DNA from: Candidatus Bathyarchaeia archaeon
GTDB taxonomy: Archaea > Thermoproteota > Bathyarchaeia > Bathyarchaeales > Bathycorpusculaceae
DNA: 64,000 bases
Reading direction: 5' to 3'
Assembly (NCBI GenBank): GCA_038727135.1
Contig: JAVYWL010000001.1
Location: 32,001 to 96,000 of the forward strand
Shown piece after piece: positions 36,959 to 47,848 of this stretch (position 1 is its first letter; the number at the start of each line of letters is the position of its first letter). The notes beneath the pieces were generated by a model. The model was not told the DNA's origin, made no database searches, and was given only the letters and a program-made list of their open reading frames with translations. Made by a program: the position numbers and the translations under genes.

Positions 36959-38612
36959 TTATAAGCCATTCGATGTCTATTTCTAGGGCTGCTGTTGGGT
37001 TTTCCAGTTCAAAGTTGTTTAGGACTTGTGGGTGGACTTCGCCTAGAACCCCAATTTGTTTATTTCCTATTTTGATGGCTGCGGTCCTGCCTTGCAAGAA
37101 GCTTGGATGTTTCGTCTCTTTTATTTGCCAGTTTGTTAAGCCTAAGTTGGCAAGGAGTGCTTCGCATGTGGATTTTATTTCTGTGTAGTTGGCTGTTGAG
37201 TGGCATGTTACCGCTGCCAAGTGTAAGCGTCTTTCACACATGGTTTCTTGGCGGCGGTTTATTTTTGCCACGTCTGAAACTTCAAAAAGCTTTTGCGGAT
37301 AGCTTTCATGCTTGTTTTCCGCCAGGTTCTTCAAAAGTCCTGGTAAGAGCATCTCCCTCATTATTGTGTATTCGGCTGACACTGGGTTTGCGAGGCGCAC
37401 CGGGTTTTCTGGTTTAAGTCTCATAAGCTCGTAGTGGACGCGTTCATTTGTTAGGGTGAAGTTCATAACTTCCAAGAAGCCTAAACCGGTCATTATTTGG
37501 CGTACGGTGTCTGCCAACTTATTTACTGGGTGCTTTTCGCCAACAGTCACGGTGGGGGGTATTGTTGGTTCTAGGCGGTAGTAGCCGTAGCCTATGGCGA
37601 CCTCCTCGACGAGGTCTATTTCATGCATTATGTCAATGCGGTAGGGTGGAATGGCAACTTCCAAAACGCCCTTTTCAATGGTTTCCGCGTCCAATCGACA
37701 CTTTTGCAGGCATTTTATGGCTTCAGCCTCTGAAAGTCTTAAGCCCAACATTCGGTTGGCGTAGCTCAGCCTAAGCCTCATCTTTTCTGGTTCAAGATTC
37801 GGCGAAACCACCGTGCGGTCTGGATAATGCACAATAACCTTTTCAAGTTTGCCGCCCATGTCGGCTAGGGCGGTCGCCAAAACTTTTAGGCCTTTCTCCA
37901 CAGCCTCAAAATTTGGTCCAGTAACATCCAAAAAGAGATTGCGTGTATTGGCGTCTACTCTTGTAAGTTCACCGTTTATTATTGGCGGCATTGACAAAAC
38001 TTGCCCGTGCCTATCGATTAGCAGTGGATATTTTGGCGACCAGTCGATTAGGTGGCGGTAAGCCACGCCCTTCTCATGTTTTTCAAGAATCTCTTTGGGT
38101 GTCATCTCCTCTGTTTTGCCAAGGGGGACAAATTTGACGCTTGTTGGTTCCACAGCGGTATAGATGAAGGGCGGCTCAACAACGTCCAAGTTGTGGATGC
38201 CGATAGAAGCCTTTTTACGGTCTCTGCCAACCCCCCAGTGGAGGTCTTCCTGCATATCCATTAGCTCAACAACAGCGCCTTCATCCAGCTTTACATCTCG
38301 AACTATGGCGGCAAGCATGTATGGCCTAACAGTGGCAACGGCGCCGTCCACTCTAAGTGTTGTTTTGGGCTCTTCCGCATGGTATTTTGGCATTCCAGTC
38401 TCCAGTTCCAAGAAGCCTTTTAATGCGCGGGCCACACCAGCATAGCTGCAGAAGTCTATGCGGTTTGGGTTATACTCAGCCTTTACATGGTCTTCGCCAA
38501 TTTCTTCCAAGTCGAAGCCTATCCATGGAAGCCACTTTGTCAGGTCTTCAACGGTCACGGGCTTGCCTAAAAACCTTGAAAAACGTTCCACATTAAGCGT
38601 TATCACTGGCAT
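36927..38612 (-). CDS. pheT: Phenylalanine--tRNA ligase beta subunit
   Basis: YNPNRIDF, QEDLH..GRDRKKASIGIH, SMPPIING, RIDIMHEIDLVEEVAIGYGY; start ATG 38612. Confidence 0.95.
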   Translation of the reverse strand: MPVITLNVERFSRFLGKPVTVEDLTKWLPWIGFDLEEIGEDHVKAEYNPNRIDFCSYAGVARALKGFLELETGMPKYHAEEPKTTLRVDGAVATVRPYMLAAIVRDVKLDEGAVVELMDMQEDLHWGVGRDRKKASIGIHNLDVVEPPFIYTAVEPTSVKFVPLGKTEEMTPKEILEKHEKGVAYRHLIDWSPKYPLLIDRHGQVLSMPPIINGELTRVDANTRNLFLDVTGPNFEAVEKGLKVLATALADMGGKLEKVIVHYPDRTVVSPNLEPEKMRLRLSYANRMLGLRLSEAEAIKCLQKCRLDAETIEKGVLEVAIPPYRIDIMHEIDLVEEVAIGYGYYRLEPTIPPTVTVGEKHPVNKLADTVRQIMTGLGFLEVMNFTLTNERVHYELMRLKPENPVRLANPVSAEYTIMREMLLPGLLKNLAENKHESYPQKLFEVSDVAKINRRQETMCERRLHLAAVTCHSTANYTEIKSTCEALLANLGLTNWQIKETKHPSFLQGRTAAIKIGNKQIGVLGEVHPQVLNNFELENPTAALEIDIEWLITKKSREGYPI

Positions 38613-40111
38613 AGGGGTGTCCTCCTCAACCATCCCAGATTGTTCGCATACAACAATCTAACATCGTCCAAGCCGAGTTCAATCATGGCGAGGCGTTCCA
38701 GCCCGCCTCCCCAAGCCAAAACCGGACATTTCACGCCCACAGGCGCCAAAACTTCTGGTCGGAAAATTCCCATGCCGCAAAGTTCTATCCAACGCTTAAG
38801 CTTGGGATGGTAAGCCACAGCTTGAGCTGAAGGCTCCGTATAAGGGAAGTAGCTTGGCCAAAACTCTATCTTTTCAAGGCCGAATTTTGTGTAGAAGGTT
38901 TTTAGGGTTCCCATTAAATCGCGGAGTGTAACCCTCTTGTCGACAACTATGCCCTCAATCTGGTGGAATTCGGCTAAGTGCTTGTAGGTGACCTGCTCGT
39001 TCCTGTAAACTCTGTCCACGGAGAAAACTTTTATTGGTGGCTTTTTGCGTGTAGCCAAATACTTTATTGTTTCGGCTGTTGTGTGGGTTCGCAGAACAAG
39101 CCTCTTGGCTTCTTCTGGATTCCACTTGTAACGCCAACCCTTAGAGCCGGTAACCCAACCGTCTTCATGGGTTTTTGCAACAGCCTCCACAAGCCTTCGG
39201 GATGGCAACCGTCCCGTCTGCGGATTAGCCAAATAAAAAGTGTCCATCATTTCGCGGGCTGGATGGTCTTGAGGTTGAAACAAGGCGTCAAAGTTCCAGA
39301 AGGCCGTCTCCACCAGTGGGCCACGAATTTCCGTGAAGCCCATCTCCAAAAAGATTTCGCGGGCGCGCTTGATAATCTGCTGAAGCGGGTGCATCTTGCC
39401 AGGATAAACGGCTGGTCCAGGAGCCGCCACATCGAACCTTGTGAGTTTCACGCTTTTCCAACGCCCAGTTATTATGAGTTCTGGGGTTAGCTGTGTCACT
39501 TCCTCAACTATTTCTAAGCCTTTTTTGACGGTCTTCCATCCTTCCGCTGTTAGCTCCAGTTCGCGGTAAGTTTTCTCCTCTAAATCCACAAGCTTGCGCC
39601 TTCGGATAATGTCTAAGGCTTCTTTCTGCTCTCTGCTTAAACCCTCAACGGTGATGGAGCGCTTCTCGAAAATTGTGGCTAAAAGCTTCTCATCACCCCC
39701 AAGCGGCGGTTCGGCTTCCACATTTAACTCACATTTTTCGCCCTTAATTGTTCCCCAGCCCTTTCTCTTCAGCCAGCCCAAAGCTATCGGTACAAGACCA
39801 GCATCTAAACCAGCCTCTCTGGCAGCCTCATCTACACCTGCCTCGCCGCCAAGCCTCAACAAAGCGCGGAGAAGACGCCGCTCTGGCAAGCCGTACTGCA
39901 CATAGCCCTCGCCTTCCTCATTTAACGTGGCGACATTCCATTTCCTCTCATGAACTTTTACAAGGTTACGCGCTGAAAGGGTTAAGGCAGCCCTCATAAC
40001 AGCGGCGTGTGCCAAGCCGCTTTTTTCGGCTATGTCTTCCACAGAGGCTTTTCCGCCAAGCTCCTGCAGTGCCATTAAGGTTTTTCTTTCATGAAGCCGC
40101 AAACCAACCAT
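38603..40111 (-). CDS. pheS: Phenylalanine--tRNA ligase alpha subunit
   Basis: FWNFDALFQPQDHPAR, LRTHTTA, RVYRNE, EFHQIEG, YFPYTEPS, AWGGGLERL. Confidence 0.95.
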   Translation of the reverse strand: MVGLRLHERKTLMALQELGGKASVEDIAEKSGLAHAAVMRAALTLSARNLVKVHERKWNVATLNEEGEGYVQYGLPERRLLRALLRLGGEAGVDEAAREAGLDAGLVPIALGWLKRKGWGTIKGEKCELNVEAEPPLGGDEKLLATIFEKRSITVEGLSREQKEALDIIRRRKLVDLEEKTYRELELTAEGWKTVKKGLEIVEEVTQLTPELIITGRWKSVKLTRFDVAAPGPAVYPGKMHPLQQIIKRAREIFLEMGFTEIRGPLVETAFWNFDALFQPQDHPAREMMDTFYLANPQTGRLPSRRLVEAVAKTHEDGWVTGSKGWRYKWNPEEAKRLVLRTHTTAETIKYLATRKKPPIKVFSVDRVYRNEQVTYKHLAEFHQIEGIVVDKRVTLRDLMGTLKTFYTKFGLEKIEFWPSYFPYTEPSAQAVAYHPKLKRWIELCGMGIFRPEVLAPVGVKCPVLAWGGGLERLAMIELGLDDVRLLYANNLGWLRRTPLCQ

Positions 40112-40378
40112 CTTCAAACACCCAGATTATGGTTTAAGCCGTTTAGCGCGCTATGATGCTTACATAAGAGTCTTTGGAGAGTTTTAAAACTATGCCCTTT
40201 AAAAGCGAAAGCAAAGCCGCTTCTCATGTGAATTGGCGGGGCATCCCTTCACCAACAACATTTGAATGGAAATGCCAACCCCATATTTATAGCTTATTCC
40301 GTAGGCGTTTTCACAAAATTTAATACGCCTCATGGGAATTGTATAAGGAAGCCAGAAAAGGTTTGGAAAGTGTAAAGA

Positions 40379-41506
40379 TTGGGCGAAGAAAGAAACGAGA
40401 TGGTTGTCACTCCATGGGAGGTTAGGGGCAAAGTAGACTACGAACGCCTAATCCGCGAGTTTGGAACCCAGCCCCTAACAATGGAGCTAATCCAAAAACT
40501 GGCAAAACACACAGGCGGGCTTCACCTTCAACTGCGGAGGGGCCTCTTCTTTTCGCACCGCGACCTAGATGTTGTCCTAGACCTATACGAGAAGGGAACA
40601 AAATTTGTGCTGTATACTGGTCGGGGCCCCTCTGGCCCGGTTCATTTGGGGCATCTGGTTCCTTGGGTTTTTACAAAGCACTTGCAAGACAGTTTTAAGA
40701 CGAGGCTCTATTTCCAAATGACGGATGACGAAAAATTCTTGGTTAAGGACGAGTTGGAGCTTAAAGAGGCAACAAACTTCGCTTATGAGAACGCTTTAGA
40801 CCTCATAGCCCTGGGCTTCAAGCCAGAAAACACCTTCATAATATATGACGTGCAGGACATAGACTTGCTGTACGATTTAGCCTTGGAGGTTGCCAAACGC
40901 ATAACCTACTCAACAGCCAGAGCCACTTTCGGCTTTCAAGAAAGCACAAACATTGGATGGGTTTTCTGGCCAGCCATCCAGGCGGCCCCATGCTTCATCC
41001 ACGCAAAACTAACAGGCGAAAATGTTCCGGCTCTTATTCCTGCAGCCATAGACCAAGACCCCTATTGGCGGATTACACGTGATGTCGCTCCAAAGCTTGG
41101 CTATTATAAGCCAGCGCAGATTCACTGTCGCCTTCTTCCGGGCTTGGGCGTTGGCGGGAAAATGAGCGCTTCAGAACCCGAAACATGCATATTCACAACA
41201 GACCCGCCGGAAGTTGTAAAGCGTAAGGTTTGGAACGCCTTTACTGGTGGTAAGCCAACCGTGGCGGAGCAGCGGAAAATGGGTGGAGATCCGTCTATAT
41301 GCACGGTTTTTCAGTACTTCCTATTCATTTTTGAGGAAGACGACGATAAGCTTGCCGAGAGGGAGAGAAAATGCAAGGCTGGGGAAATTTTGTGCGGCGA
41401 ATGCAAAAAGGAATTGACGGATAGGATTAACAGTTTTCTTGAAGACCATAGGAAGAAGCGGGAGAAAGCCAGAAACATTTTAGACAAGTTTCACATAAAA
41501 CGCTAG
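40379..41506 (+). CDS. trpS: Tryptophan--tRNA ligase
   Basis: VTPWEV, YTGRGPS..HLGH, TDDEKF, IDQDPY, KMSAS. Confidence 0.95.
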   Translation: MGEERNEMVVTPWEVRGKVDYERLIREFGTQPLTMELIQKLAKHTGGLHLQLRRGLFFSHRDLDVVLDLYEKGTKFVLYTGRGPSGPVHLGHLVPWVFTKHLQDSFKTRLYFQMTDDEKFLVKDELELKEATNFAYENALDLIALGFKPENTFIIYDVQDIDLLYDLALEVAKRITYSTARATFGFQESTNIGWVFWPAIQAAPCFIHAKLTGENVPALIPAAIDQDPYWRITRDVAPKLGYYKPAQIHCRLLPGLGVGGKMSASEPETCIFTTDPPEVVKRKVWNAFTGGKPTVAEQRKMGGDPSICTVFQYFLFIFEEDDDKLAERERKCKAGEILCGECKKELTDRINSFLEDHRKKREKARNILDKFHIKR

Positions 41507-41518
41507 AAAGTTGGAGGC

Positions 41519-42094
41519 GTGCAAAGAATGAATGGGAAAGAAGTTGTCGATGTAAGCCCTTCAAACGCTTTTAGGCTTGTCCACCCAATGCACACGGTTC
41601 TAGTCTCATGCGTTGGCAAAGACGGAAAACCAAACATTATCACTTTGGCTTGGGCTATGCCAACATCCATAAATCCGCCGCTTGTGGCTGTAAGCATTGC
41701 GCCACGAAGACACTCCCACAGCCTAATCCAAGAGACAAAAGAATTTGTCGTTAACATTCCAACAATGGAGATATTGGACGCCACATTCTTTTGTGGTCGG
41801 GTTAGCGGAAGAGACCGCGACAAGTTTAAGGAGGCTGGATTAACGCCCCTTCCAGCCAGAAAGGTTAAGCCGCCAATAATTAAGGAGTGCATCGCCCACT
41901 TGGAATGTAGGCTTCACAGTCAATTTCAAACCGGGGACCACACAATTTTTGTAGGCGAAATCCTAGAAGCCTACGCAAACAAAGACTGCTTCACAAGCGC
42001 TGGCTACGACCTAGAAAAAGCAAAAATGGTCTTCCATTTGGGCGGAGACGAGTTTGCAACCCTCCAGCCAAAAATTTTCAAGCCCAGAGCCTAG
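41519..42094 (+). CDS. Flavin reductase-like (flavoredoxin) protein
   Basis: PNIITLAW..SINPPL, EFVVNIP, LECR..GDHTIFVGEI. Confidence 0.88.
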   Translation: MQRMNGKEVVDVSPSNAFRLVHPMHTVLVSCVGKDGKPNIITLAWAMPTSINPPLVAVSIAPRRHSHSLIQETKEFVVNIPTMEILDATFFCGRVSGRDRDKFKEAGLTPLPARKVKPPIIKECIAHLECRLHSQFQTGDHTIFVGEILEAYANKDCFTSAGYDLEKAKMVFHLGGDEFATLQPKIFKPRA

Positions 42095-42762
42095 AGCTGG
42101 TAGCTTTCTCCCGGATTCAGAACCACCACTTTGGCTTTCGGCGCCTTCCCCTTCACTTTTTTGACAAACTCGTCTGCCGATTGGGCTAGAACAGGAAAAG
42201 TCTTATAATGCATCGGAATTACGACCTTGGGCTTCAACAGTCTGACGGCTTCAGCTGCCTCCAAAGCGCTCATAGTGTAGTATCCGCCTATTGGCAATAG
42301 TGCCAAATCAAGCTTGTAAAGCTGCCCAATAAGCTTCATGTCTCCGAAAAGGCCGGTGTCTCCGGCATGGTACACCCTTTTTCCTTCAGCTTCGACAACA
42401 ACGCCTGTTGGTGCACCCCTTGAGCATGTGTGGAAGGCTTGAACCATGTAAAGTTTTACGCCTTTAACCTCTGCGCATCCACCGATGTTTAGTCCAACAA
42501 CGTCTTTGACGCCGTTTTCGCTGGCGTAATTGCCAAGCTCAAAAGTTGAAACAAAAGTGGCGTTGGTTCGCTTGCAAATGTTTATGGCGTCGCCAAGATG
42601 GTCGCCGTGGTCGTGGGTCACATAAACAATGTCAGCCCTGTCGATTTCAGAAGCCTTCACTGGCGAGGCTGGATTCCCATCGAGCCAAGGGTCAATCAGC
42701 ACAATTTTCCCGCCCATCTCAATTTTGAATGAGGCGTGTCCAAACCACGTAACCTTCGCCAA
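42091..42762 (-). CDS. Metallo-beta-lactamase-fold hydrolase (UPF0173-like)
   Basis: WFGHASF, IDPW, THDHGDH, YHAGDT, LPIGG, IPMHY. Confidence 0.9.
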   Translation of the reverse strand: MAKVTWFGHASFKIEMGGKIVLIDPWLDGNPASPVKASEIDRADIVYVTHDHGDHLGDAINICKRTNATFVSTFELGNYASENGVKDVVGLNIGGCAEVKGVKLYMVQAFHTCSRGAPTGVVVEAEGKRVYHAGDTGLFGDMKLIGQLYKLDLALLPIGGYYTMSALEAAEAVRLLKPKVVIPMHYKTFPVLAQSADEFVKKVKGKAPKAKVVVLNPGESYQL

Positions 42763-42841
42763 ACATCAAGCCTCCCGCTAAATCTTTAAACCCTTTAATA
42801 CTGTTTAGTTTATAAAGTTAAAAGGTTAAAGTGCCCCATAA

Positions 42842-43747
42842 ATGAAAGCCATAGACAAGGAAGCCTTTGAGAAGCTCCGTTCATCTGGTAGGATTCTCCG
42901 CGAAACCCGAGAAGAGTTGAAGGGCTTTGTCCGCGAAAACATGCCAATAATAGAGGTTTGTGAAAAGGCAGAGGAGCTGATTAGGCGTAAAGGCGGGAAA
43001 CCAGCCTTCCCATGCAACGTCTCAATAAACGAGATTGCAGCCCACTACACCTCACCGCCAAACGACACAAGGAGAATTCCGGAAAAGTCTCTTGTGAAAG
43101 TGGATATTGGTGCCCATGTGGACGGCTATGTAACAGACACAGCAGTGACAATATGCTTTAACCCAGAATACCGTGAAATGGTGGACGCGGCAGAGCAAGC
43201 CCTAAAAAAGGCTGTGGAAGCCATACGCCCAGAAACACCAACCTCAAGGCTTGGCGCACTAATAGAACAGACAATAAAGTCCAAAGGCTTTAAGCCCATC
43301 TCAAACTTAACAGGACACAGCGTTGGCAGATACTTGGTGCATGCCGGAACATCACTTCCAAACGTGGCACACTTATCCTTCACAAAAGTTAAGATAGGCG
43401 AAGCCTACGCCATAGAACCCTTCGTGACAGTGCAAAACGCCGTCGGCAAGGTGGAAAATAGCACAGAAGCCACAATATTTCGCTTTGTAAAACAGAAGCC
43501 CCTCAAAAACGCCTATGCAAAAAAGCTTCTAAAATTTATTGAGGAAAACTTTAAAACACTGCCATTTACCGAGCGTTGGCTTCAAGGCGTAATCCCAAAA
43601 GAACATTATAGGGAAGCCTTCAAGGAGCTTCTAACTTCAAAGGCTATCATGAGCTATCCAGTTTTCGTAGAAGCCAGCAGAAAACCAGTAGCCCAAGCGG
43701 AACACACAGTCCTAGTGGTTGAGGACGGATGCCTAGTCCTAACCTAG
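42842..43747 (+). CDS. map: Methionine aminopeptidase type II
   Basis: PAFPCNVSINEIAAHY, DIGAHVDGYVTD, NLTGH, AIEPF, AQAEHT. Confidence 0.95.
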   Translation: MKAIDKEAFEKLRSSGRILRETREELKGFVRENMPIIEVCEKAEELIRRKGGKPAFPCNVSINEIAAHYTSPPNDTRRIPEKSLVKVDIGAHVDGYVTDTAVTICFNPEYREMVDAAEQALKKAVEAIRPETPTSRLGALIEQTIKSKGFKPISNLTGHSVGRYLVHAGTSLPNVAHLSFTKVKIGEAYAIEPFVTVQNAVGKVENSTEATIFRFVKQKPLKNAYAKKLLKFIEENFKTLPFTERWLQGVIPKEHYREAFKELLTSKAIMSYPVFVEASRKPVAQAEHTVLVVEDGCLVLT

Positions 43748-43753
43748 CTCCTA

Positions 43754-44176
43754 TCAATAGGGAAAAGGCGCCTTACCCTTCTCACGAACCTCTCGGTAAA
43801 TGGCTGTAATAATCATTTTCTCGTTGCACTTCTGGCATGGCTCAACCTCTTTGAAAACATAATCGCCTCGCTGAAACTCTCGGACGCTTTTGAAGCCGCA
43901 CTTCCTACACTCAATAGTCGTGGTAATCGGCGGAGCCTCAATTCTCAAGCGGAGTATCCGCTGCCGCGTCTGGAACAGCACATAAGTTGACAAGGCTAAG
44001 CCTATAAAACCCAAAAGAAGCCAGTAAACAGCGATTTCCGGCGCGGTGTTGTAGAGGTAAATTGCAAGCACCAGCGCCGCCAAGGCTAAGGCCAAAGTGA
44101 CAAATATTATGAGGAGGACGAAGGATGAAACCCTCGTTGCCGCAGACGCGTCACTTCTGCTACTGCTCATCGTCAT
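43754..44176 (-). CDS. Membrane protein with C-terminal zinc ribbon
   Basis: Two TM helices, ECRKCG..RGDYVFK..CQKC; adjacent to DUF1512 gene. Confidence 0.75.
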   Translation of the reverse strand: MTMSSSRSDASAATRVSSFVLLIIFVTLALALAALVLAIYLYNTAPEIAVYWLLLGFIGLALSTYVLFQTRQRILRLRIEAPPITTTIECRKCGFKSVREFQRGDYVFKEVEPCQKCNEKMIITAIYREVREKGKAPFPY

Positions 44177-44185
44177 CGCCCTCTC

Positions 44186-45328
44186 TTATTGTCCTATGCC
44201 TATGGTATTCCCAACACCGGCAATAATAACCTTGTCGCCCTCCTTAGTCCTCTCCAACACCACTTGCCTAATCCTCTCGATGGCTTTGTCAGCAGCCTCG
44301 AAAATCTCCTTGCGCATCGGCGAAACAGCATCGCCAATATCCTCCTTAATTATAACAGCATTTATGGGAATGCGATACTTCAGAATGGTTTCCTCAATCT
44401 TGAACTGGTCTACGCCTGGACCGCCTATGGCTGCACCAACACCCTCAGCTACTTCACCGACCTCCTCGCCTTCAAGCTTCAAGGCGGCGTCAATCATTAT
44501 TATGTTGGCTATTTTGCCCTCATTCTCTTCAATAATTGTTTTAATGGCGTCTCCGGGTTTACCAACGTTCCCGCCTGGACCTTCAGCCTTTATGACGTAG
44601 GCTGTTCTCCCTTCAAAGGGAACCTCAGCCACAACACAGTCTTTGGGAACCTTTCTTATTGGGTGACCGTGCATGAGTTTTGCTGCAACCAGCGCGCCGA
44701 CACCGTCACCAATGGGCTGGCCGTAGGCGAAGGCTTTAAGGGCGCTTGCGTAGGCTTCGGCTTCCCGCATGACCAGCGGCAGAATCATCTGAATCTGCAT
44801 TATAATGTAGAGGCTTAACGTCTTCTTTCCAAGCAAATAGTAATGCCTTATAACCTTGTAAATGTAGTTTAAAGCCATAGCCGCCTCAAGAGTGTTCTCC
44901 AAATTGTTCGCCTGAGTTTCGTCAGCCGCTGGGGCAATAAGCTTAACTTCATCCTTAAAGCGGGTGTCTCTAACGTCCAGTATGTGTTCAAGCTTCCAAA
45001 CAATTCCAGCCGGGTCAAGGCTTTGAGGAGCAATCGTAAAATATTCTAGGAAGCGGTCAACCCTAGCTGACGGGTCCGTTTGGGGCTTTCCAATCTCCTT
45101 GATGGTTTCTATGGCTATTCTTCGCCCCTCGTCTCGGATGTACTTCAGCTTGTAGAGACTGCCCTCAACCTCCCTAAGCATAATATAAAGCTGAATACGC
45201 TGACCATAAAATATGGAAATGAATATGAAAGCGTAAATGATTAGAGTTAAAATTTGTGAGAAGACATCCCCTCCTGGGAGCTGCAAGAGCTGACCGTTAA
45301 GAACGAGCAACGCTGCCACTAGATTCAC
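44186..45328 (-). CDS. DUF1512-family protein
   Basis: PIGDGVG, KAEGPGGNVG, IDAALKLEGE..AEGVGAAIGG, GVGNTIGIGQ. Confidence 0.82.
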   Translation of the reverse strand: MNLVAALLVLNGQLLQLPGGDVFSQILTLIIYAFIFISIFYGQRIQLYIMLREVEGSLYKLKYIRDEGRRIAIETIKEIGKPQTDPSARVDRFLEYFTIAPQSLDPAGIVWKLEHILDVRDTRFKDEVKLIAPAADETQANNLENTLEAAMALNYIYKVIRHYYLLGKKTLSLYIIMQIQMILPLVMREAEAYASALKAFAYGQPIGDGVGALVAAKLMHGHPIRKVPKDCVVAEVPFEGRTAYVIKAEGPGGNVGKPGDAIKTIIEENEGKIANIIMIDAALKLEGEEVGEVAEGVGAAIGGPGVDQFKIEETILKYRIPINAVIIKEDIGDAVSPMRKEIFEAADKAIERIRQVVLERTKEGDKVIIAGVGNTIGIGQ

Positions 45329-45404
45329 ATACTCACCTTCCGAAAAACTAGCAAAAGCCTAGTTATAAATTTTAGGATATTCCAAGTTTACTCGCACAAT
45401 GGAG

Positions 45405-46217
45405 TCAGATGTAATGTAAGTTTTTAAGTATCATGTTGACACTTGCCACAAGGAGCATAGCCGCAAAAACAAGGTTTAGGCTTCTATTTGAAAGCCTCCT
45501 ACTCGTATAAGCGCCGACTTGCGCCCCAACAACAGAGCCTACTCCAAGATAAAATGCATACAAAGCGTTCACGTTTCCCTGCTGCACGTGGCTGACCACG
45601 CCGGAAATCGATGTAAAAATCATTATGAACATAGATGTTGGTATGGCGAAATGTATTGGAAAACTAAGCGCGTAGCACATGACTGGAACAAGAACAACTC
45701 CTCCACCTATTCCCAAAAGCCCAGAGGTTACCCCACCAAAGAAACTTAAGAATAAGCCATAAAGCATTTTCCGCCTGTTAAACAGCAGCCCTTTTTCAAA
45801 GGCAGCATCAACTACACCGCATGCCTTTACGGATTCTGTGGTAAAGGCTTTGTAAACCATTTGAAAGGCAACAAAAATCAGGAAAGCGCCGAAAATAACG
45901 CCAAGCCACATCTTTACAGTTGGAACAGCCGTGATGGATGCTCCAACATAGCCTCCAGGTGCAGTGGCGCAAGCCAAAGCCAAACCAGCCTTAACGTAAA
46001 CGCGGTTTTGTTTTAGATAATTTGCGGAGGATGCTATGGACGTGATGATTATTGTGGCCAAGCTTGTGCCTACCGCTACCACCGGCTCAAAGTTGTAGAG
46101 AAGCGTTAAGAGAGGAACTATGAATATTCCGCCTCCAACGCCTGTTAAGGCTGCGGCTATGCTTATCAAAAAGCCGAAGAGGGGAAGCATCAACTCCCAC
46201 ATGTCATAGTTCTCCAA
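45405..46217 (-). CDS. TauE/SafE-family (TSUP) permease
   Basis: LTGVGGGIFIVP, AVGTSL, SGLLGIGGG..VP, multiple TMs. Confidence 0.88.
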   Translation of the reverse strand: MENYDMWELMLPLFGFLISIAAALTGVGGGIFIVPLLTLLYNFEPVVAVGTSLATIIITSIASSANYLKQNRVYVKAGLALACATAPGGYVGASITAVPTVKMWLGVIFGAFLIFVAFQMVYKAFTTESVKACGVVDAAFEKGLLFNRRKMLYGLFLSFFGGVTSGLLGIGGGVVLVPVMCYALSFPIHFAIPTSMFIMIFTSISGVVSHVQQGNVNALYAFYLGVGSVVGAQVGAYTSRRLSNRSLNLVFAAMLLVASVNMILKNLHYI

Positions 46218-46278
46218 AGGCGACTTTCGGAAAGAAGTAATGCATCCGCTGACCTCATATTTAAAGCGTAACCTCTTT

Positions 46279-47649
46279 TCAGAAAATTTTTCCCGGGTTT
46301 AGGATGTTGTTGGGGTCGAAAGCCCTCTTAATCCTCTTCATAAGCTCAATTTTTGCTTTATCCTCAAACTCTAGGAAAAGCTCCTTTTTCTCCAAGCCTA
46401 TGCCGTGTTCAGCCGACACAGCGCCTCCCAAAGCTTTTCCCAAAGTGTAAATCTCCCTCAAAATGGCTGACAGTTTCTCCGGATTTTTTTCGAATATGGC
46501 TAGGTGTACGTTCCCATCACCAACATGTCCAGCACCACTTATAACCACTGAATGTTCCATGGAAATTTTCTTAACCCCCTCCATGAATTCTGGGATTTGA
46601 CTTCGTGGAACAACCACGTCGACAAGAAAAGTTGCACCAGCATCCCTAGCGGCGTAAAAGGATTTTTCCCTCAACTCTAAAAGCTCCCTCCCAGCTCTTT
46701 CAGTGGATGGAACAAGAACCTCAATTGCACCGTTCTTCATACAGATTTCGCTAACAAGCTCGGCGTCCCTGTAAAGTTTTTCTTGACTTTCACCCTCCAA
46801 AACAATGAGGAGAAAAGCTTCCGACTTGTCGCGCACATGCTCATCTATTGGAACAATTATTCCAGTGTAATTTTCCATGGCGCCAAGCCCAACCTTATCA
46901 ATAAACTCGATTATAAGGGGTGTAACACCACACTTCAACAAAAGCGGAACAGTCGCCACACCTTGCCTAAGCTCTTTGAACGCAACAAAAAGGGTCAATC
47001 TAGCCTTCTGTTTCGGCAAAAGCTTCAAAATAACCTTGGTTACAACGGCTAAAGTTCCCTCAGAACCCACAATTAACTGCGTTAAGTCATAGCCCGACGA
47101 AACCTTCACATACTTACCGCCAGTTCTAATGATTTCGCCGGTTGGCAAAACAGCCTCCAAACCTAAAACAAAGTTGCGGGTAACCCCATACTTAACCGCC
47201 ATCATACCACCGGCGTTGGTGGCAACATTACCACCAACAGTTGCGCTCTCCTCTCCGGGATAAATTGGGTAACAAAGACCACGCGCCTCAACAGCCCTCA
47301 TAAGACTTGATAGGGTAACGCCGGCCTCAACAACAGCCACATGGTTATCCTCATCTATTTCCAAAATCCAATTCAAACGCTCAAGAGATAAAACAACCCC
47401 ACCCGCAGATGGAACACAGCCCCCGCTTAGGCCTGTTCCACCACCCCTAGGAGTAACCGGAATCCGCCTCTCGCTGGCCAACTGCAGTATTTCTGCAACT
47501 TCCTCAGCGCTTCTAGGCTTAACGACAACTTCTGGTATGCAAGGATTAACGGCAAGTGCCTCATCACGCCCATACTCCTCACCTATATCGTCGCCCACAA
47601 GAACATTCTCACAGCCAACAATCTTCCTAAGCTCGGCTACCACTTCCAT
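46279..47649 (-). CDS. FAD-linked oxidase, GlcD/D-lactate dehydrogenase family
   Basis: PRGGGTGLSGG, ATVGGNVATNAGG, GSEGTL, GHVGDGNVH, SAEHGIG, FDPNNILNPGK; start reset to ATG 47649. Confidence 0.9.
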   Translation of the reverse strand: MEVVAELRKIVGCENVLVGDDIGEEYGRDEALAVNPCIPEVVVKPRSAEEVAEILQLASERRIPVTPRGGGTGLSGGCVPSAGGVVLSLERLNWILEIDEDNHVAVVEAGVTLSSLMRAVEARGLCYPIYPGEESATVGGNVATNAGGMMAVKYGVTRNFVLGLEAVLPTGEIIRTGGKYVKVSSGYDLTQLIVGSEGTLAVVTKVILKLLPKQKARLTLFVAFKELRQGVATVPLLLKCGVTPLIIEFIDKVGLGAMENYTGIIVPIDEHVRDKSEAFLLIVLEGESQEKLYRDAELVSEICMKNGAIEVLVPSTERAGRELLELREKSFYAARDAGATFLVDVVVPRSQIPEFMEGVKKISMEHSVVISGAGHVGDGNVHLAIFEKNPEKLSAILREIYTLGKALGGAVSAEHGIGLEKKELFLEFEDKAKIELMKRIKRAFDPNNILNPGKIF

Positions 47650-47722
47650 ATCCAAAGGAAACCCAACCGCACATAATACTGCCAATTTAAACCTTAAAAC
47701 AGTATAGCCCTTCAAAAGGAGT

Positions 47723-47848
47723 GGGGCTGCCAGCTTTCCCGGCTTCGCGTGGCCGAAGACCACACTACAACCGGGAACGGAGCGCGGTTTAACTTCCGAG
47801 TTCGGAATGGGATCGGGTGGAACCCGCGCCCTATGGCCGGCAAACCCC
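47723..47848 (-). rRNA. rrf: 5S ribosomal RNA (stand-alone)
   Basis: Minus strand GGGGTTTGCCGGCCATAG..CACCCGATCCCATTCCGAACTCGGAAGTTAA..GCTGGCAGCCCC; terminal helix pairs. Confidence 0.95.

Noticed and set aside
44189-44818. 209-aa plus-strand ORF
   Set aside because: Antisense to the DUF1512 gene.
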